Shown piece after piece: positions 35,506 to 50,204 of a stretch of DNA of 64,000 bases (its first letter is position 1; each line of letters begins with the position of its first letter). This DNA is from Chiloscyllium plagiosum (lineage: Eukaryota). Position numbers and translations under genes: made by a program. The notes under the pieces were generated by a model. That model did not search any database. It worked only from the letters and a program-made list of their open reading frames with translations, and was not told where the DNA came from. The stretch is from positions 26,633,537 to 26,697,536 of the forward strand of contig NC_057719.1 in assembly GCF_004010195.1 (NCBI RefSeq). The letters run 5' to 3'.

Positions 35506-37559
35506 GTGATCCATCAAGTTACTCACTCAATATCTCCAGTACGAAGGAAGAGAGGAGTGAAGAGCTGTAATCACTTGAGATAACTGATGTAATGTGATAG
35601 TATCTAAGACTCTCATTACCATATTTTAACTCCAAAATGGAAAATCTCTGTGCAACTTAGGTTTCCAAAATGTCTGCCTTTGGAAAATCCACCCAATGAA
35701 ATCCTTTACTTGTGGGTCACCAGGCTCTAGTTTATCTAAACACAGTTGAAATCCAAATGTCCAAATGTCAAAACTTTCCCGATCCAACGTATTATTAACA
35801 TTTGCATCTTCATTCGTATTTATGGTTTATATGTGCACATTCACACACGTACACACTCTTCCCACATCTGTAGCCATATGTCTCCAGGGAGAGACAAAAA
35901 CAAAACCATCCTTTTCATCACTTGTTTTTTTTTAGGGGGCTTAAGAGCAATGTGAAAATATCGTGTCTCTTTTGTGCAGCAATTTACAAAAACTGAGGGG
36001 ATAGAAAATTGTGTAAAATGAAAATGCATGACTGCTTGCCAAATAACATATTGATTTTTATCCCAGGAGACATTGTATCAACTGTGCAATTAACATGAGT
36101 AAGGGCTGAATAGACTCTAAATACTATTAATTGATTCTTGATATTGGTTCTGTATCCATTAGGTTTATGTGTGTTATTATTGTATTTCAGTCTTTTAGTG
36201 TTGTGTTTTTAGTGAAATGAAATAATTTGTAAGGACTTTTTCAGAGGAATACACTGTGCTGACACTTAACATATATGACCGTGATTCTGAACCTATTCAA
36301 AGACACATATGAAATATTCAGTTGTACCATTGACAATGCCTCATTTTAAGGGATTCCAAATTGTTTTTTTTATTAATATTTGAATTATGGATGCTCTGAT
36401 ATAATGGAGGGTCCGCTGAAGAGATAGTTAATAACTAGACCTGTTTGTGCATTGTTCCCATCCAGACTTATAAAAGCAAAAAAAAGTGTTAGGTTTCTTC
36501 AAGAATATGACTCATTTTATTTAATATTTTGAAGGTATGATCAAATGGCAAATGACTACCTGGGGGTATACTGTGGTGAGGAACCTTCCATTGAGGACCT
36601 AATCTATGGTTTTTCCCTTTAAGCAGTTAACCAATCCCTTGTCAACCAATACAGTGTATGACTTCATACTAAATTATGTTATTCCATCTGTTCAGTTCAC
36701 ATATGCTACTTCAATTATTGTATTGGTTCCTGCAGAATAACACAGGGGATGTATACATCTTGAATACAAAATAATTGTATGCAGTTAAACTGAAACATTA
36801 AGTAACAATATAAGGAACCACGATAAGCAGTTGACAAACACTTTACCTCTAAGACAAATTGTACTTAGTTTCTCAAAGCCATTGTTCATCTTTGTAGAAA
36901 TGGAACATTTTAAGTGACTCTTAATTTTGCTTCTTACAGATTATCCCCGAGTACTTGTTTAAATAAGTTTGAAAGAAAACTGCTTTCCTATTTTACGGAA
37001 GGATCACTTTAAGTGATATGTAATTTGGCTGGAATTCTGATCTAAGTGCCATTACCATTTAACTCAGATGCTATCAGTATGTGGGTGGGAAACTAGAAAT
37101 GGTTTGCACTGATCCTTTAGTTATTTAATCCTAATATTTGAAACTTTCCCCAAAACAATTCTACTCTTTTACATCTTCAATCATACGTACAACATCTTTT
37201 CCTTCCTTCATAGCTCTTTTTTTTCTACCTGGGTATAATTACTCCTGCAAACAACTATTTAGCTATATTGACAAGTTGTACCAATTAAGTAACTAGAACA
37301 CAAATGGAAGATCTATAAAATATGGCAAGTAGCATTCATGCCACACAAATGCCAGACAATGTACAATGTAAAATTGTAAAATTCAAAGTGTTGATTTGAG
37401 AAATTGTTACTTTGCAAAATATTTTGCAATATTATATACACTAAGTTTGTGTTCCATATCAAAAGCAAACCAATTTATTTAATCTCTAATTCCACCAAAC
37501 ACACACACCTACCCACCGTCATCATCAACCCCATGCCTGCCTCCATTCTGAATTACTGA

Positions 37560-38150
37560 TCTCCAGTAAGAGACAATCTAACCACTGCCTCTTGACATGC
37601 AATGGTATTATCATCTCTCACGACCAACATCCTACAGGTCACCTTAGCCAGAAATTGAACTGTACTAGCCATACAAATACTGTGACTACAAGAGCAGTTC
37701 GGAGGCTAGGACTACTGCAGTAAGTAATTCACCTCTTTACTCCCCAGAGCTTTTCCACCATCTATAAGACCCAAGTCATGAAATGTGATGAAATTTTCTG
37801 ACTTGCCTGGGTGGGTGCAGCTCCAAATAAATTCACAAATGTAGACATCATTCAGGACAAAACAGCCTACTTGATTGGCACTACATCCACAAGCATCCAT
37901 TCTCTCCATCACTGATTCTCAGTTGTAGAATCGCATAATATATACACAATGCACTGCAGAAATTTACCAAAGATCCTGAAACAGCACCTTCCAAACCCAA
38001 GATCACTTCCATCTAGAAGGCCAAAGGCAGCAAATGCATGGGAACACCACCATCACCTGTAAGTTCCCCTTGAAGCCACTCACCATCCTGAGTTGGAATT
38101 ATATTGCAGTTCCTTCATTGCTGGTGATCAGAATGCTTGAATTCCCTCCT
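37560..38150 (+). mobile_element. Degenerate LINE 3' fragment of a family also present at ~18960-19210 and ~43900-44720
   Basis: Shared motifs cagcaccttccaaacc...tctagaagg...gcagc...catggga...caccatcctg. Clade not determined. Confidence 0.5.
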
Positions 38151-38289
38151 GAAGGGGTTCTGGACTGACCCCCAAGAGAAAACAACCTTTCTATATCCAT
38201 CATGTTAATTCAAGTACAATCTTCAATCAAGTCACCCCCCCAACCCCCACCTCCACCGGGTTGGGGCAACAATGGGTGAGTAGGGAAGT

Positions 38290-40370
38290 CAGGGATAGCT
38301 TAAAAACAAAAGAAAGAGCATATAATGTGGCAAAGGACAGTGGGAAACCAAAGGATTGGAAATCTTACAAAGACCAACAGAGGGCAACAAAAAAAACAAG
38401 GAGGGTAAGCTAGCCAGTAATAAAGAGGAAGAATGTAGGAGTTTCTTTAGATATATAAAAAGGGCAAAAGTGGACATAGGGCTGCTGGAAAATGACGCTG
38501 GAGAGATAGTAGTGGAGAACAAGGAAATGGCTGAGGAACTGAATAATTACTTTGCATTAGTCTTCACGGTGGAAGACATGAGGAAAATCCCAAAAATTAA
38601 GAGAGTGAGGGAGCAGAGCTGAGTATAATGGGTGGCTATCACCAATGAGAAGGTGCTAGAAAAACTGAATGGCTTGAAGGTGGATGAATGACCTGGACCA
38701 GATGGACTACACCCCAGAGTTCTAAGGGAGAGAACTGAAGAGATAGTGACAGTGTTAGTGGTGATCTTTCAGGAATTGCTAGACTCAGGGAGGGTTCCAG
38801 AAAACTAGAAAATCATTAATGTGACACCCCCTGTTCAAAAAGGGAGTAAGGCGAAAGATAGAAAATTGCTGACTGATTAGCCTAACCTCTACTATGGGTA
38901 AGATCCTGGAGTCCATTGTGAAGGATGAGATTTCTGAATACTTGGTAAAATAGGTCAAAGTCAGCATGGTTTCATCAAGGGGAGGTCATGCCTGAAAAAT
39001 CTGCTAGAAATCTTTGAGGAAGTAATGAGCAGGATAGATCAAGGTGAGCCAATGGATGTTATCTATCTGGACTTCAAGAAGGCCTTTGACAAGGTGCCAC
39101 ACGGGAGGCTACTGAGTAACATAAGGGCTTATGGTGTCAGAGGTAAGGTGCTAGCATGGATAGAAGCTTGGCTGTCTGGCAGAAAGCAGAGAGTGGGGAT
39201 AAAAGGGTCCTTCTCAGGATGATAGTTGGTGGCAAGTGATGTTCTGCAAGGCTCAGTGTTGAGACCACAACTTTTCACTTTATCCATTAATAATCTAGAT
39301 GAAGGACTTGAGAGCATTCTGGCTTGGTTTGCAAATGATACAAAGATAAGTAGAGGGACAGGTAGCATTGAGGGGGGCATTGGGAAGCTGCAGAAAGATT
39401 TGGACAGGTTAGGAGAGTGGACAAAGAAATGGCAGATGGAGTATATTGTGGGAAAGTGTGAGGTCATGCACTTTGGTAAGAAGAATGAAGGTATGGACTA
39501 TTTTCTAAATGGGGAGAAAATTGAGAAGTCTAAAGTGCAGAGAGACTTGGGAAATCTCGCCCAGGATTCTATCAAGATAAACCTGCAGATTGAGTCATTA
39601 TTTAGGAAGGCATTTATTTTGAGAGGACATGAATATAAAAGCAGATATGCATTTCTGAGGTTCTGTAAGGTTCTGGTCGGACTACATTTGGAGTATTGTG
39701 CACAGTTTTGAGCCCCATATTTCAGGAAGGATGTACTGGCCCTGGAAATTTTTCAGAGGAGGTTCACGAAAATGGTCCCAGGAATGAAAACCTTAACATA
39801 TGAGGAAAGTTTGAGAATCTTGGGTTTATACTCAAAGGAATTTAGAAGGATAATGGGGATCTAATTGAAACATACAGAATACTGAATGGCCCTTGGGTCC
39901 TAGTGTCTCCTACCAATGAAAACATCTCCCTAACCTAGTGGATGTTGGGAAGATGTTTTTTTTTAGATTAGATTAGATTACATTACAGTGTGGAAACAGG
40001 CCCTTCGGGCCAACAAGTCCACACCGACCCGCCGAAGCGCAACCCACCCATACCCCTATATTTACCCCTTACCTAGCACTACGGGCAATTTAACATGGTC
40101 AATTCACCTGACCTGCACATCTTTGGATTGTGGGAGGAAACCGGAGCACCCGGAGGAAACCCACGCAGACACGGGGAGAATGTGCAAACTCCACACAGTT
40201 AGTCGCCTGAGGCGGGAATTGAACCCGGGTCTCAGGCGCTGTGAAGCAGCAGTGCTAACCACTGTGCCACCGTGCCACCCACCAATGTTTTCATTGGTAG
40301 GAGACACTAGGACCCAAGGGCACAGCCTTAGAATAAAGGGAAGACCTTTTAGAACGAAGATAAGGAGATT
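38290..40370 (+). mobile_element. CR1 LINE ORF2, degenerate, with a SINE insertion
   Basis: DVIYLDFKKAFDKVPH, LQGSVLRPQLF, FANDTKI and LHLEYCAQF motifs. Confidence 0.9.
39960..40281 (-). mobile_element. Full-length tRNA-derived SINE (HE1/V-SINE-like)
   Basis: A box TGGCACAGTGG, B box GGTTCAATTCC, (AATCT)n tail and atgtttt on both sides. Confidence 0.9.
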
Positions 40371-40839
40371 TTAATTTAATTTCATCAATTTGTGTACCCC
40401 AAATGTCGAAGCCAAGGGAGACAACAATGGACATATATTTTGCAGTGTCAAAAAGTGTGGTGCTGGAAAAGCAAAGCCGATCAGACAGAGAATCAGGAGA
40501 GTTGATGTTTCAAGCCCTTCATCAGGAATAAATTTTGTAGTTCAAATAAAACCAAAATTAATACCTTTCTTAGATTTCATTCACCAAATGATATTCATAT
40601 ATAACAGTTGAATGGACAAATGAATGAATTGGAAAAATCCAACTCAAAACGAATATAAATATCTTCTGGCCCTCTCACAACTATAAGCTAAGTCAGCAGT
40701 ACGTTTTTGTATTTTGTAAATGTATTCAGAATGTTTTTTTGAAGCTTTCTTTTACGTTTTTTGTTTGATTTTGCTCTGCATATCCTTAAGAAATCCATTT
40801 GCCAGCAGCTAAGTCCTTCTGGCTAAAGCTAAGAAAAAT

Positions 40840-41288
40840 AAACTTGCATTTATATAAACCCTTTTCCAACTACAAGATGACCCAATGCACTTTGCAATCA
40901 ATGAAATACTTTTCAAATGTCACCAGGTTTATGATGTAGGAAAGGCAGCAGTTAATCTGTACACACAATAAGCTCTTATAAACAGCAATATGATTATGAC
41001 TGGGCCATCCATTTATGTTTTATTAATTTGGAGAAATGCACAGGCTACATTATGAGGTACATCACCTCTTTACTTTTTCAATATAGTGCAATAAGAAATT
41101 TTACATTCATTTGAGAAAGTAGTTGAGTCATTTTAATGTGTCATCTGAATGAAATCTCCCCTGTCAGCAGCATTCATGCTCAGTACTGCACTAGAGTGTG
41201 AGCCTATACTTTTTGTGCTCAAGTTGGACTTGACTATGAATCGATAACATTCCAACTCAGAGGTAAGAATACCACCAACTGAGTCATA
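40840..41288 (-). mobile_element. Ancient tRNA-headed SINE (DeuSINE/SacSINE1-like)
   Basis: Head TGACTCAGTTGGTGGTATTCTTACCTCTGAG, central TGCAGTACTGAG and tail ATATAAATGCAAGTT. The family call is from recollection. Confidence 0.5.
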
Positions 41289-42479
41289 TTAACACTAATG
41301 ACCTACTGGACCACCTTCATACTGGTTTGTGTTCACAGATATTTGGAACAGCATCAAATGACCATTCATTCATTCTCACTGAACAATGTGGAAACTTATA
41401 TCATGCTGTTATTCTTACCAATCAACTAATGCAGGAGCAACAAAATGGATTCCTAACAGTGGCAAACAAAAGCTTTTGGCAGCTTGCCCCTTGACTTGAA
41501 CTTTTCAGTGGCAACTGCTGTTGTCTTGCTCTGCTTGGTTGTTGGGATCACTCGTAACACTACATTGATATATGGAATTAATGGTTGGAGCAAATGGCAT
41601 TGACTGATAGTGATGGGACAGTAACATCAAGCAGAATCATTTAAAAGAAAACTAAATAAGTAAGATCAAGGCTAACTAATAACAGAGGCTGTTTGATACC
41701 CAACACGGAATCTGAGCTAAATCTGATTTTAAAAAATAAAATTACAATAAATTCAAAATACTCTGCAAGTATTCTTTCCTTTCACTCTGCAAGACTTACA
41801 TGTTCAGTCCTTAACAACCATTTTCAAATTCCCTATCTACAGACAATGGAACAAACAAATGTGAACTCCTTTGATATCAAGAAAGATTGCTAGTTTAATG
41901 GAAAAATACCTCTGACATTAAAATGATTTAATAGATACAGGTAACAACATGGCTTTAAAAGGGAGTTTTCCATTTAGCTGTATTACCAGCAAGAAAGTAA
42001 TTTACTAATTAACCCTTGCATCACTTGAGTTACATACATCCCCAACAGCAGTAAAAGCAGATCTGATATATCACTTAATCCAAACTGGTAAAAGGAATCC
42101 ACCTAATGCAAGTAAAACACGTCCAATCGTCTAAGCGAAGTCCAAGTAAAAATTGAAATATTACAAGGCACGATTAACTTTTGAGCAATACAACTTTATG
42201 CTTACCAAGATCAATGTGAATATTTACTGTTGATAAATTAAAATACATTTTTCTGACTGCTGTAGTGAGGCACAAATCAACAGTTCCACATATTTCAACT
42301 CATTGCAAAATAATTACATTCAAAAACTGTATTTTCTTGTAGTTTATACTTTTAGTTTGAATGTTTGTCTGTCGTTGTGATTCTCAAATTGCACTGCATG
42401 GGTGATACTCTGAAAAATTCACAGATACCCAATAACCTGCGGCCATAGATTTAAGGTAAGAGGTAGAAGATTAAGAAGC

Positions 42480-42772
42480 ATTGCTGCCTTACAGCACCAG
42501 AGACCCAGGTTCAATTCCAGCCGCGGGCGACTGTCTGCGTGGAATTTGCACGTTCTCCCCGTGTCTGCGTGCGTTTCCTCCGGGTGTTCCGGTTTCCTCC
42601 CACAATCCAAAGATGTGCAGGTTAGGTGAATTGTCCATGCTAAATTGCCCATAGTGTTCAGGGATATGCAGGTTAGGTGCATTAGTCAGAAGTAAATATA
42701 GGATAATAGGGTAGGGGAATGGGTCTACGTGGGTAACTCTTTGGTGGGTTGCTGTGGACTTGTTGGGCCAAA
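42480..42772 (+). mobile_element. tRNA-SINE copy nested in a CR1 3' fragment
   Basis: ggttcaattcc B box and body homologous to 39960-40281. Confidence 0.8.
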
Positions 42773-43464
42773 GTGGATTGAAGAGAAATATTTTCACTCA
42801 AGTTGGTGGGAGTCTAGAATTCACTACCTGAAAGGATGGTTGAGTCAGAAACTCGTGCAATGTATTTAAATATCCACTTGCATTGCCATAGCATCTGGGA
42901 CTATGGACTAAAAACTGAAAAATGCAATGAGTAAATTGACTGATATGGATGTGATGGGCCAAATGGTCTCCTGTGCTTTAACCCATGTATGAGTCTATGA
43001 GACCATCCTATCCCAGCAAAACACAAGCCATTCAAATTTTCGAAAGGTAATGACCTCCATCTAAAGGAATATGTTTTTGCTGCAGAAATGATTTTTATTT
43101 ATCTACTGAAGGCAATGATTCCAGTCAGTCAAGAAAGAAACAAAATAAAAATTTAGTGGAAAAGACACAGACTTTATAAACCTGTAGATAGTCTTGTGAC
43201 ATCTAGCTGGAGAATCTGTGGCCTAATAATAGTTTTCCTTTTGATCATCTGTAAAAACAGGCCGCCATTTTCAAATTTTTTGGTCCCTTAAAACATAAAA
43301 ATGTTGTCTTCACTACGTGAGATCCATTTTCATATTAAAATCAAATAATTCCATGCTATATCTATTGCTCTCAGTGAGCCACATTGAACCACAAATCACA
43401 CACAAAATTTCAATGGTTTCTTATAATCAGCAAAATCACAAGGAAAGCATCACCCAGTTTTGAC

Positions 43465-43762
43465 AGCAGCATGGTGGCTCAGTGGTTAGCACTGCTGCCT
43501 TACAGCGCCAGGGATGCGGGTTCAATTCCAGCCTCAGGCAACAGAATGTGTGGAGTTTGCACATTCTCCCTGTGTCTGCGTGGGTTTCCTTCGGCTCCGG
43601 TTTCCTCCCACAGTCCAAAGATATGCATCTTAGGTAAGTTGGTCATGCTAAATTGCCCATGGAATTAGGTGCATTAGTTTGGGGGAATGGGTCTTTGAAG
43701 GTTCGGTGTGGACTAGTTGGGCTGAAGGGCCTGTTTCCACACTGTAGGGAATCTAATCTATA
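43465..43762 (+). mobile_element. tRNA-SINE copy
   Basis: tggctcagtgg A box, ggttcaattcc B box and aatctaatct tail. Confidence 0.85.
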
Positions 43763-46276
43763 TATTTTGTTATGTCAAAAAAAACTGACTCAGCTCACAT
43801 GCTTATAATAAGAAAGGTCCATGTGATGGTTAGCAACACAGACTGACTTGAAGATATTGAAAAAGATGTAAAATGACAATTTAATTGCTTCAAAAACTCT
43901 GGCTCAATAACTCTCTATTTGGATTTTGTAACTTAAGGTCAAATTCCTTAATGAAGCTGTTCTTGTACAGCTACAAACACTGATATTGACCTAACACAGT
44001 GGAAAATTGTTCAGCTATATCCTGTTCAGAAAAAAAAGCAGGACAAATACAATTTAGCCAACTGCTTCCAAAGTCTATTCTCAATCATCAGCAAAGTATT
44101 AGAAAATGTAATTTCCAATGTTATGACACAGCAATTGTCCAACAATAATTTGCTCTCTGATGTTTAATTTGGGTTCTGGCTGGGCCACACGGCTCTAGAA
44201 CTCATTAAGACTTGGTCCAAATATGGACAAATTGAAGATGAGAGGTGAAAGTAATTGGGCTTGAAATCAAAGCAGCATTTGATTGAGTGTGGCAGTAAAC
44301 AAAATTGAAGAGAATTAGAACTGAAGGAAATCTCTTCGATGGTTTGAGTTCGACCTATCGCAAGTAAGTTGGTTGTGGTTATTGTAAGTTAATCATTTTT
44401 GCTACCAATCTGGACCATCTACAAATGCACTGCAGCAACTTGCTAAGCCTCCAGAAATAGCATCTTCCAAACCCGTGACCTCTTACATGTAGAGGACAAT
44501 GGCACCTTCAAGCTTTATCTTAAATCACACACTATCCTGATTTGGGATTACATTGCTGTTCTTTCAATGTCTTGGAGTCAAAATTATAGACATCCGGAGC
44601 AGTACTGTCTATGTACTTACTTTGGATAGTGTGCAGAAGTTCAGGAGCATGACTCACAGCTCCCTTTCCGAGAATAATCAGGGAAGGGCAACAAAGACAG
44701 GCCTGGCCAGCAAGGCTTACCTCGCAGGAATCGATTACAAAGAGGAAGTATTCCGTCTGGTCATATCCACCATAATCTTCACTTTCACTTAAAATTGATA
44801 GGCTACAAAGAAAACCACAGCAAAAGTAGAGGGAGAAAAGTTGATGTAAATTGGTATGTTATGATCTCAAAGCATGCATCATCTGAAACTCATCCCTAAT
44901 ATGCAGGATTCAAACTCAGAATTATACAATGACTTGAAGCAATGTAAAGCATGTTCTAGTAAACCTGGCCTTGCATTTGGGAATTAAATGGTTATCTGCA
45001 ACTATACATGAAAACTGACAAAAAGTGTTAATTGCACTTACGAACATCAAGGACTTCGGCCTGTTTCATGAAGGGATTAGAGTGGGAGCTAAGGTATTTA
45101 ACATACAACCATTGCAAAATTAATGGCATTATGTCTAAATGTGAGTAATCTAGACTCTTCATATGTCCTAATCCATAGCATGAGTCATTTCCCAAAGAAA
45201 GATCTTTTAGGATGGAATCATCTTTTTTGGATTAAAGGCACGACTCTCCCAAATTACTTGCATGGTATTGTTCAGGATTGTACAGCACAGATAGAACCCA
45301 TCCTGGCCCTTGAAAGAGATATTAATTTGTCCTTGTTTTCTTTCTCTGTCTCCTACATCCAAGCCCATATAAATGATATATCACAAAGAATAATAATTCT
45401 TATACTGACTTCAAGGGATCAACACTGTTTAAATCCCTCCTGTTCTAAAGAAAGTCATCATCTACTCTCTATCTTTTAACTACTGTTTTAGCCACACTCC
45501 CACATATTCTTTAACACCTCCATTTTATCAACTAGCCTCATTTTATCAACTAACATTCTATACCACAACATATCTCAACATTTTGAAAACTGTTAACACA
45601 ACATTCACAGAATTTCACTGCTTTCTTAAGCAATTCCATCAAATTTGGCAGACACAATCTGCCATTTGCAAATACATACTGACTGATATTGGAAGGCTAT
45701 CCTAGAAAGAGATTTATTAGATTTTACAGGGGAATTGCTGGTGATATGGCAATTTTTCTCAATGGGTTTGAGGAGACTGCTATACATTGTCTCCAGTACA
45801 CATAAATGGTGGGGAACACTGTTATCCTGTCGACCATGAGCTTGGTATCAGCTTTGAGGGCTTGGTCCTCAAACACTCTCTTCCTCGGATGGTCAATGAC
45901 GGTGATGGCACATTGGAGGCCATCTTAAATTTCATTATCGGTGTCTGCCCTTAGGACAGGAGGCTCCCAACATATGGATTGATTGACATTGTTAAGATGA
46001 GGTGCTATAGATGAGGTAGCTGGGGGCAGATTCACATTATTACAAATTGTACTCATTATCCACATTGGGTAGATAAATCTGCAGTTTCCTATTATGTTGC
46101 CTTTTTTCTCTCTCTTGATAAGAAGTGTTAATTATGTCATCCTCATTCTTCTTCCATACCAACAAAGATTATTCAATGGTGGAATTAGGAATTGGCATCT
46201 TTTACACTTTAAGTTCCATCAACTTTATTTTGGGCTATTTCCTTAAGTAATTTTATCTCTACTTACCTTTCTTCAA

Positions 46277-47421
46277 GTCACAGAGTCACAGAGATATACA
46301 GCATGGAAACAGATCCTTCGGTCCAACTCGTCCATGCCGACCAGATATCCCAACCCAATCTAGTCCTACCTGCTGGTACCCGGCCCATATCCCTCCAAAC
46401 CTTTCTTATTCCTATTCATATACCCATCCAGTTGCCTCTTAAATGTTGCAATTGTACCAGCCTCCACCACTTCCTCTGGCAGCTCATTCCATACATGTAC
46501 CACCCTCTGAGTGAAAAAGTTGCCCCTNNNNNNNNNNNNNNNNNNNNNNNNNNNNNTCCAACCCCGGCAACATCCTTGTAAATATTTTCTGAACCCTTTC
46601 AAGTTTCACAACATCTTTCTGATAGGAAGGAGACCAGAATTGCATGCAATATTCCAAAAGTGGCCTAACCAATGTCCTGTACAGCTGCAACATGACCTCC
46701 CAATTCCTGTACTCAGTACTCTGACCAATAAAGGAAAGCATAACAAACGGCTTCTTCACTATCCTATCTACCTGTGACTCCACTTTCAAGGAGTTATGAA
46801 CCTGCACTCAAAGGTTTCTTTGTTCAGCAACACTCCCTAGGACCTTAGCATTAAGTCCTGCTAAAATTTGCTTTCCCAAATGCAGCACCTCACATTTATT
46901 TAAATTAAACCCCATCTGCCACTTCTCAATCCATTGGCCCATCTGACCAAGATCCAGTAGTAATCTGAGGTAACCTTCTTTACTGTCCACTACACCTCCA
47001 ATGTTGGTGTCATCAGCAAACTTACTAACTGTACCTCTTATGCTTACATCCAAATCATTTATGTAAATGACAAAAAGTAGTGGATCTAGCACCAATCCTT
47101 GTGGCACTCTACTGCTCACAGGCTCCAGTATGAAAAACAACCCTCCACCACCACCCTGTCTTCTACCTTTGGGCCAGTTCTATATCCAAATGGTGTGTTC
47201 TCCCTATATTCCATGAGATGTAACCTTGCTCACCAGTCTCTCATGGGGAACCTTGTCAAATGCCTTACTGAAGTCCATATAGATCACGTCTACCACTCTG
47301 GCCTCATCAATACTCTTTGTTACTTCTTCAAAAAACTCAATCAAGTTTGTGAGACATGATGTCCCATGCATAAAACCATGTTGACTATCCCTAATCAGTC
47401 CTTGCCTTTCCAAATACATGC
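46277..47421 (-). mobile_element. CR1 LINE RT-to-3' fragment containing a small N gap
   Basis: SQHGF, YMDFSKAFDKVPH, VPQG, FADDT and LVRPLLEYC motifs. Confidence 0.92.
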
Positions 47422-47838
47422 CTTCTTCTGCCCTATCATTCCCATGATCACATGTCATTATTTGAAAGCATCCCATGTTTCTCCTTTAAGACCATAAGAT
47501 GTTGCAAGTCATTTAGTTGATCAAGTTTGCCACACCATTCAATGAGCCGATCATGGTTGATCTCATGATCCTCAACTCCATTTTCCTGCCTTTTTGCCAT
47601 AACCCTTGCTTCCTTTACTAATTAAAAATCTGTCTGTCTCAACCTTGAATTTACCTAATCAATAGCCCTGTGCAGTGAAGATACCCTAGATTCACTACTC
47701 TGAGAGAGAAGAAATTCTTCCTCCTCTCTGTCTTAAATGGGTGGATCCTTACTCTGATATTATGCCCCAGTCGTTGGAACCAATCTTTCTGCATCTACTC
47801 ATCAAGTTTCCTAGAATCATGCATGTTTCTTTAGGTTG

Positions 47839-48558
47839 TGTAATGAACGGGGTAACTCCCATCACTCCCCCCCCACCCTGCAGCAAATTTAAACCAGCAA
47901 CACAGAAAAGATTTACCCTGTGCGGTAATCTGTGAAAATTCAAGAGGCCAAGAACTTTCCCAAAAGTCACATTTAAAGTTAAAATTAACAACTTTATTTT
48001 TTAAAGTCTAACAAAGAATAATTAACTAACAAAGATTTACAACTCCGTTCTCTAACCTATCTTTTACTTTCCCTTCTATAATACTGGTCTGATAAAACCC
48101 CCAATTAAGATTTACCAAAAAATTTAAATTTCAAACTCAGGCAGCTGTTGTATCTTCCTCTGTCTTCTTTTCTTCTTCTTTGGGATTTCTGTTTCACAGG
48201 TCATTGATAGATAAAGGTACCTTTAAGAGAGCTAAGCTCCGGGCAGTCTGTATGTGTTGGTGGCTTGGCAGTTCTCCTCTAACTGTTCAATTTTTCCCAG
48301 TCTCATACCCTAAAGCATCGGATTGTATCATTGGTTTTGACATTGTCAAAATATCAAATTCAAACTTGATTGCAGTTGAGTATTTTGGGCATTATTTAAA
48401 CTGATTGGCCGAATTTGAATTTGTTTTTGTCTCATAGAAACCCAGGTACTGCTAGCTGCTGGACCAGATGTCACATTGTAAATTCTTCAGCACTCTGTGC
48501 ACTTGCTAAGTCCTTCAACTCTCTTAAAGGTACAGTACACCTCTACAACTTCATAACA
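47839..48558. mobile_element. Solo LTR inserted in a minus-strand CR1 fragment (~47490-48750)
   Basis: TGTAATGAA...TTCATAACA imperfect inverted termini and a 4-bp target duplication gttg on both sides. Length 720 bp. Confidence 0.75.
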
Positions 48559-48765
48559 GTTGTGCCTTATTCCTCTCAGCTCCAATGAGCACAGGCCCAA
48601 AGTACTTGCATAAGACAGTCCCTTCACACCTGGGATCACCCAGGTGAATCTTCTCTGGGCTGTCTCCATTGCCAGTAAATCTTTAGATAAGGGACTCAAT
48701 AATCTAGCTGTGTTTTGGTTTGTACCTTGCATAGTTTTAACAAAACTTCCCCATCTTTATATTTT

Positions 48766-49099
48766 TTTAGATTAGATTACATTTTTTTTAGATTAGATTA
48801 CATTACAGTGTGGAAACAGGCCCTTCGGCCCAACAAGTCCACACCGCCCCGCCGAAGCGCAACCCACTCATACCCCTACATTTACCCCTCACCTAACACT
48901 ACGGGCAATTTAGCATGGCCAATTCACCTTACCTGCACATCTTTGGACTGTGGGAGGAAACCGGAGCACCCGGAAGAAACCCACGCAGACACGGGGAGAA
49001 CGTGCAAACTCCACACAGTCAGTCGCCTGAGGCGGGAATTGAACCCGGGTCTCTGGCGCTGTGAGGCAGAGTGCTAACCACTGTGCCACTATGCCGCCC
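48766..49099 (-). mobile_element. Full-length tRNA-SINE with a duplicated tail
   Basis: Highly similar to 39960-40281. The tail ttttttagattagattac occurs twice. Confidence 0.9.
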
Positions 49100-50204
49100 C
49101 TTCGAAATGAAGTTGCTTTTCCTATTATCTTCTGAACTTTGATGCTAAGTTTTTGTGATTTATGGATGAGGACTCACAAATCTCTCTGTTCCATAGTTTT
49201 CTGCACTCTTTACCCAACTTAGTAACCATTCAAATCCTCTATTCTTTCTGTTGATTGATCTGTTAACTATTTTTACTATGTTTATGAAATTACTTCCTGC
49301 CTTGTTGGAATTTACTTTATTATCTCTATCCTTGATTATTCAAGCTCCTATTTTAAAATATTTGATCCTAATTAAGTTACAATGAGTTTCTTCTTAATAT
49401 TAATCAGTTGCTGAATTTTCTTGAATATAATCGAGCTTTGTATGTTCCTCTATTTAGTTAAAATGTAGTGAATGAAAAAAACAACACTGGATATTCCATG
49501 TTTAGATACTTGGATTACTTACTCAGAATCTGTTTTCTTAGATAATTAACATGATCCATTATTATAGCATTTTTATTCCTATAGTTTTCTGTACAGCCCT
49601 CCCTCTGTTCCTTGTTTGATCTACATGAAATTCTCAGTGGATTAACAGTTCCATTATTTAGCTTTAACCAAATAAACTTAGCTTTTGCAGCAGCTGCTAA
49701 ATCAACCTTAGATTTCAGTGCCACAAAGGCAACTTGAATTAGTATTGTTATCCTTTCTTTAAATTTCCTAGTTGACAATGTTTTATGTCAAACATCATAA
49801 TTTATATTACATCCCACAGCAATTTGTCCCTAATCTAAAGAGCCTTTTCCAAAATACTTTACATTTTTAAGTACAAACACACACAATCCAAATTCAATTT
49901 GGTAATCTTAATCTTTTGTAATGTTCCCCTCTTTCTGCAATTTTTCTCTTTTCTATGTCATTTATTTTTTTCTTTCATAGCTCATTTTGTTTCTTTTCTC
50001 TTCTCCTCCTCCCTCATATCAGTTTAATGACTTTACCAGGCCACTAGCCACATTGCTAGCAAAGACATTGTTCAGGTGAAGCCTGGCCATCTTGCACACC
50101 CTCACCTTTCCAGCATTACCCTGACCCTGGATATTTCTCCCCTTTTGTACCAGCCAGTACATTGTTCCCTTAACTTACAATTTCTACACTGACTGGTAAC
50201 ATAT

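Noticed and set aside
35626..35735. Possible minus-strand terminal exon (KLEPGDPQVKDFIGWIFQRQTFWKPKLHRDFPFWS*)
   Set aside because: The acceptor is plausible, but the peptide is unrecognised, there is no clear poly(A) signal and no linked upstream exon. It needs RNA-seq or tblastn evidence.
39960..40281. tRNA genes at SINE heads (also 43465, 49040, 58960)
   Set aside because: A and B boxes are present but continue into SINE body sequence with no complete cloverleaf.
49515..49778. 87-aa minus-strand ORF
   Set aside because: It resembles a heavily decayed CR1 endonuclease region (FIWLKLNN...AIIMDHVNY) rather than a host exon.
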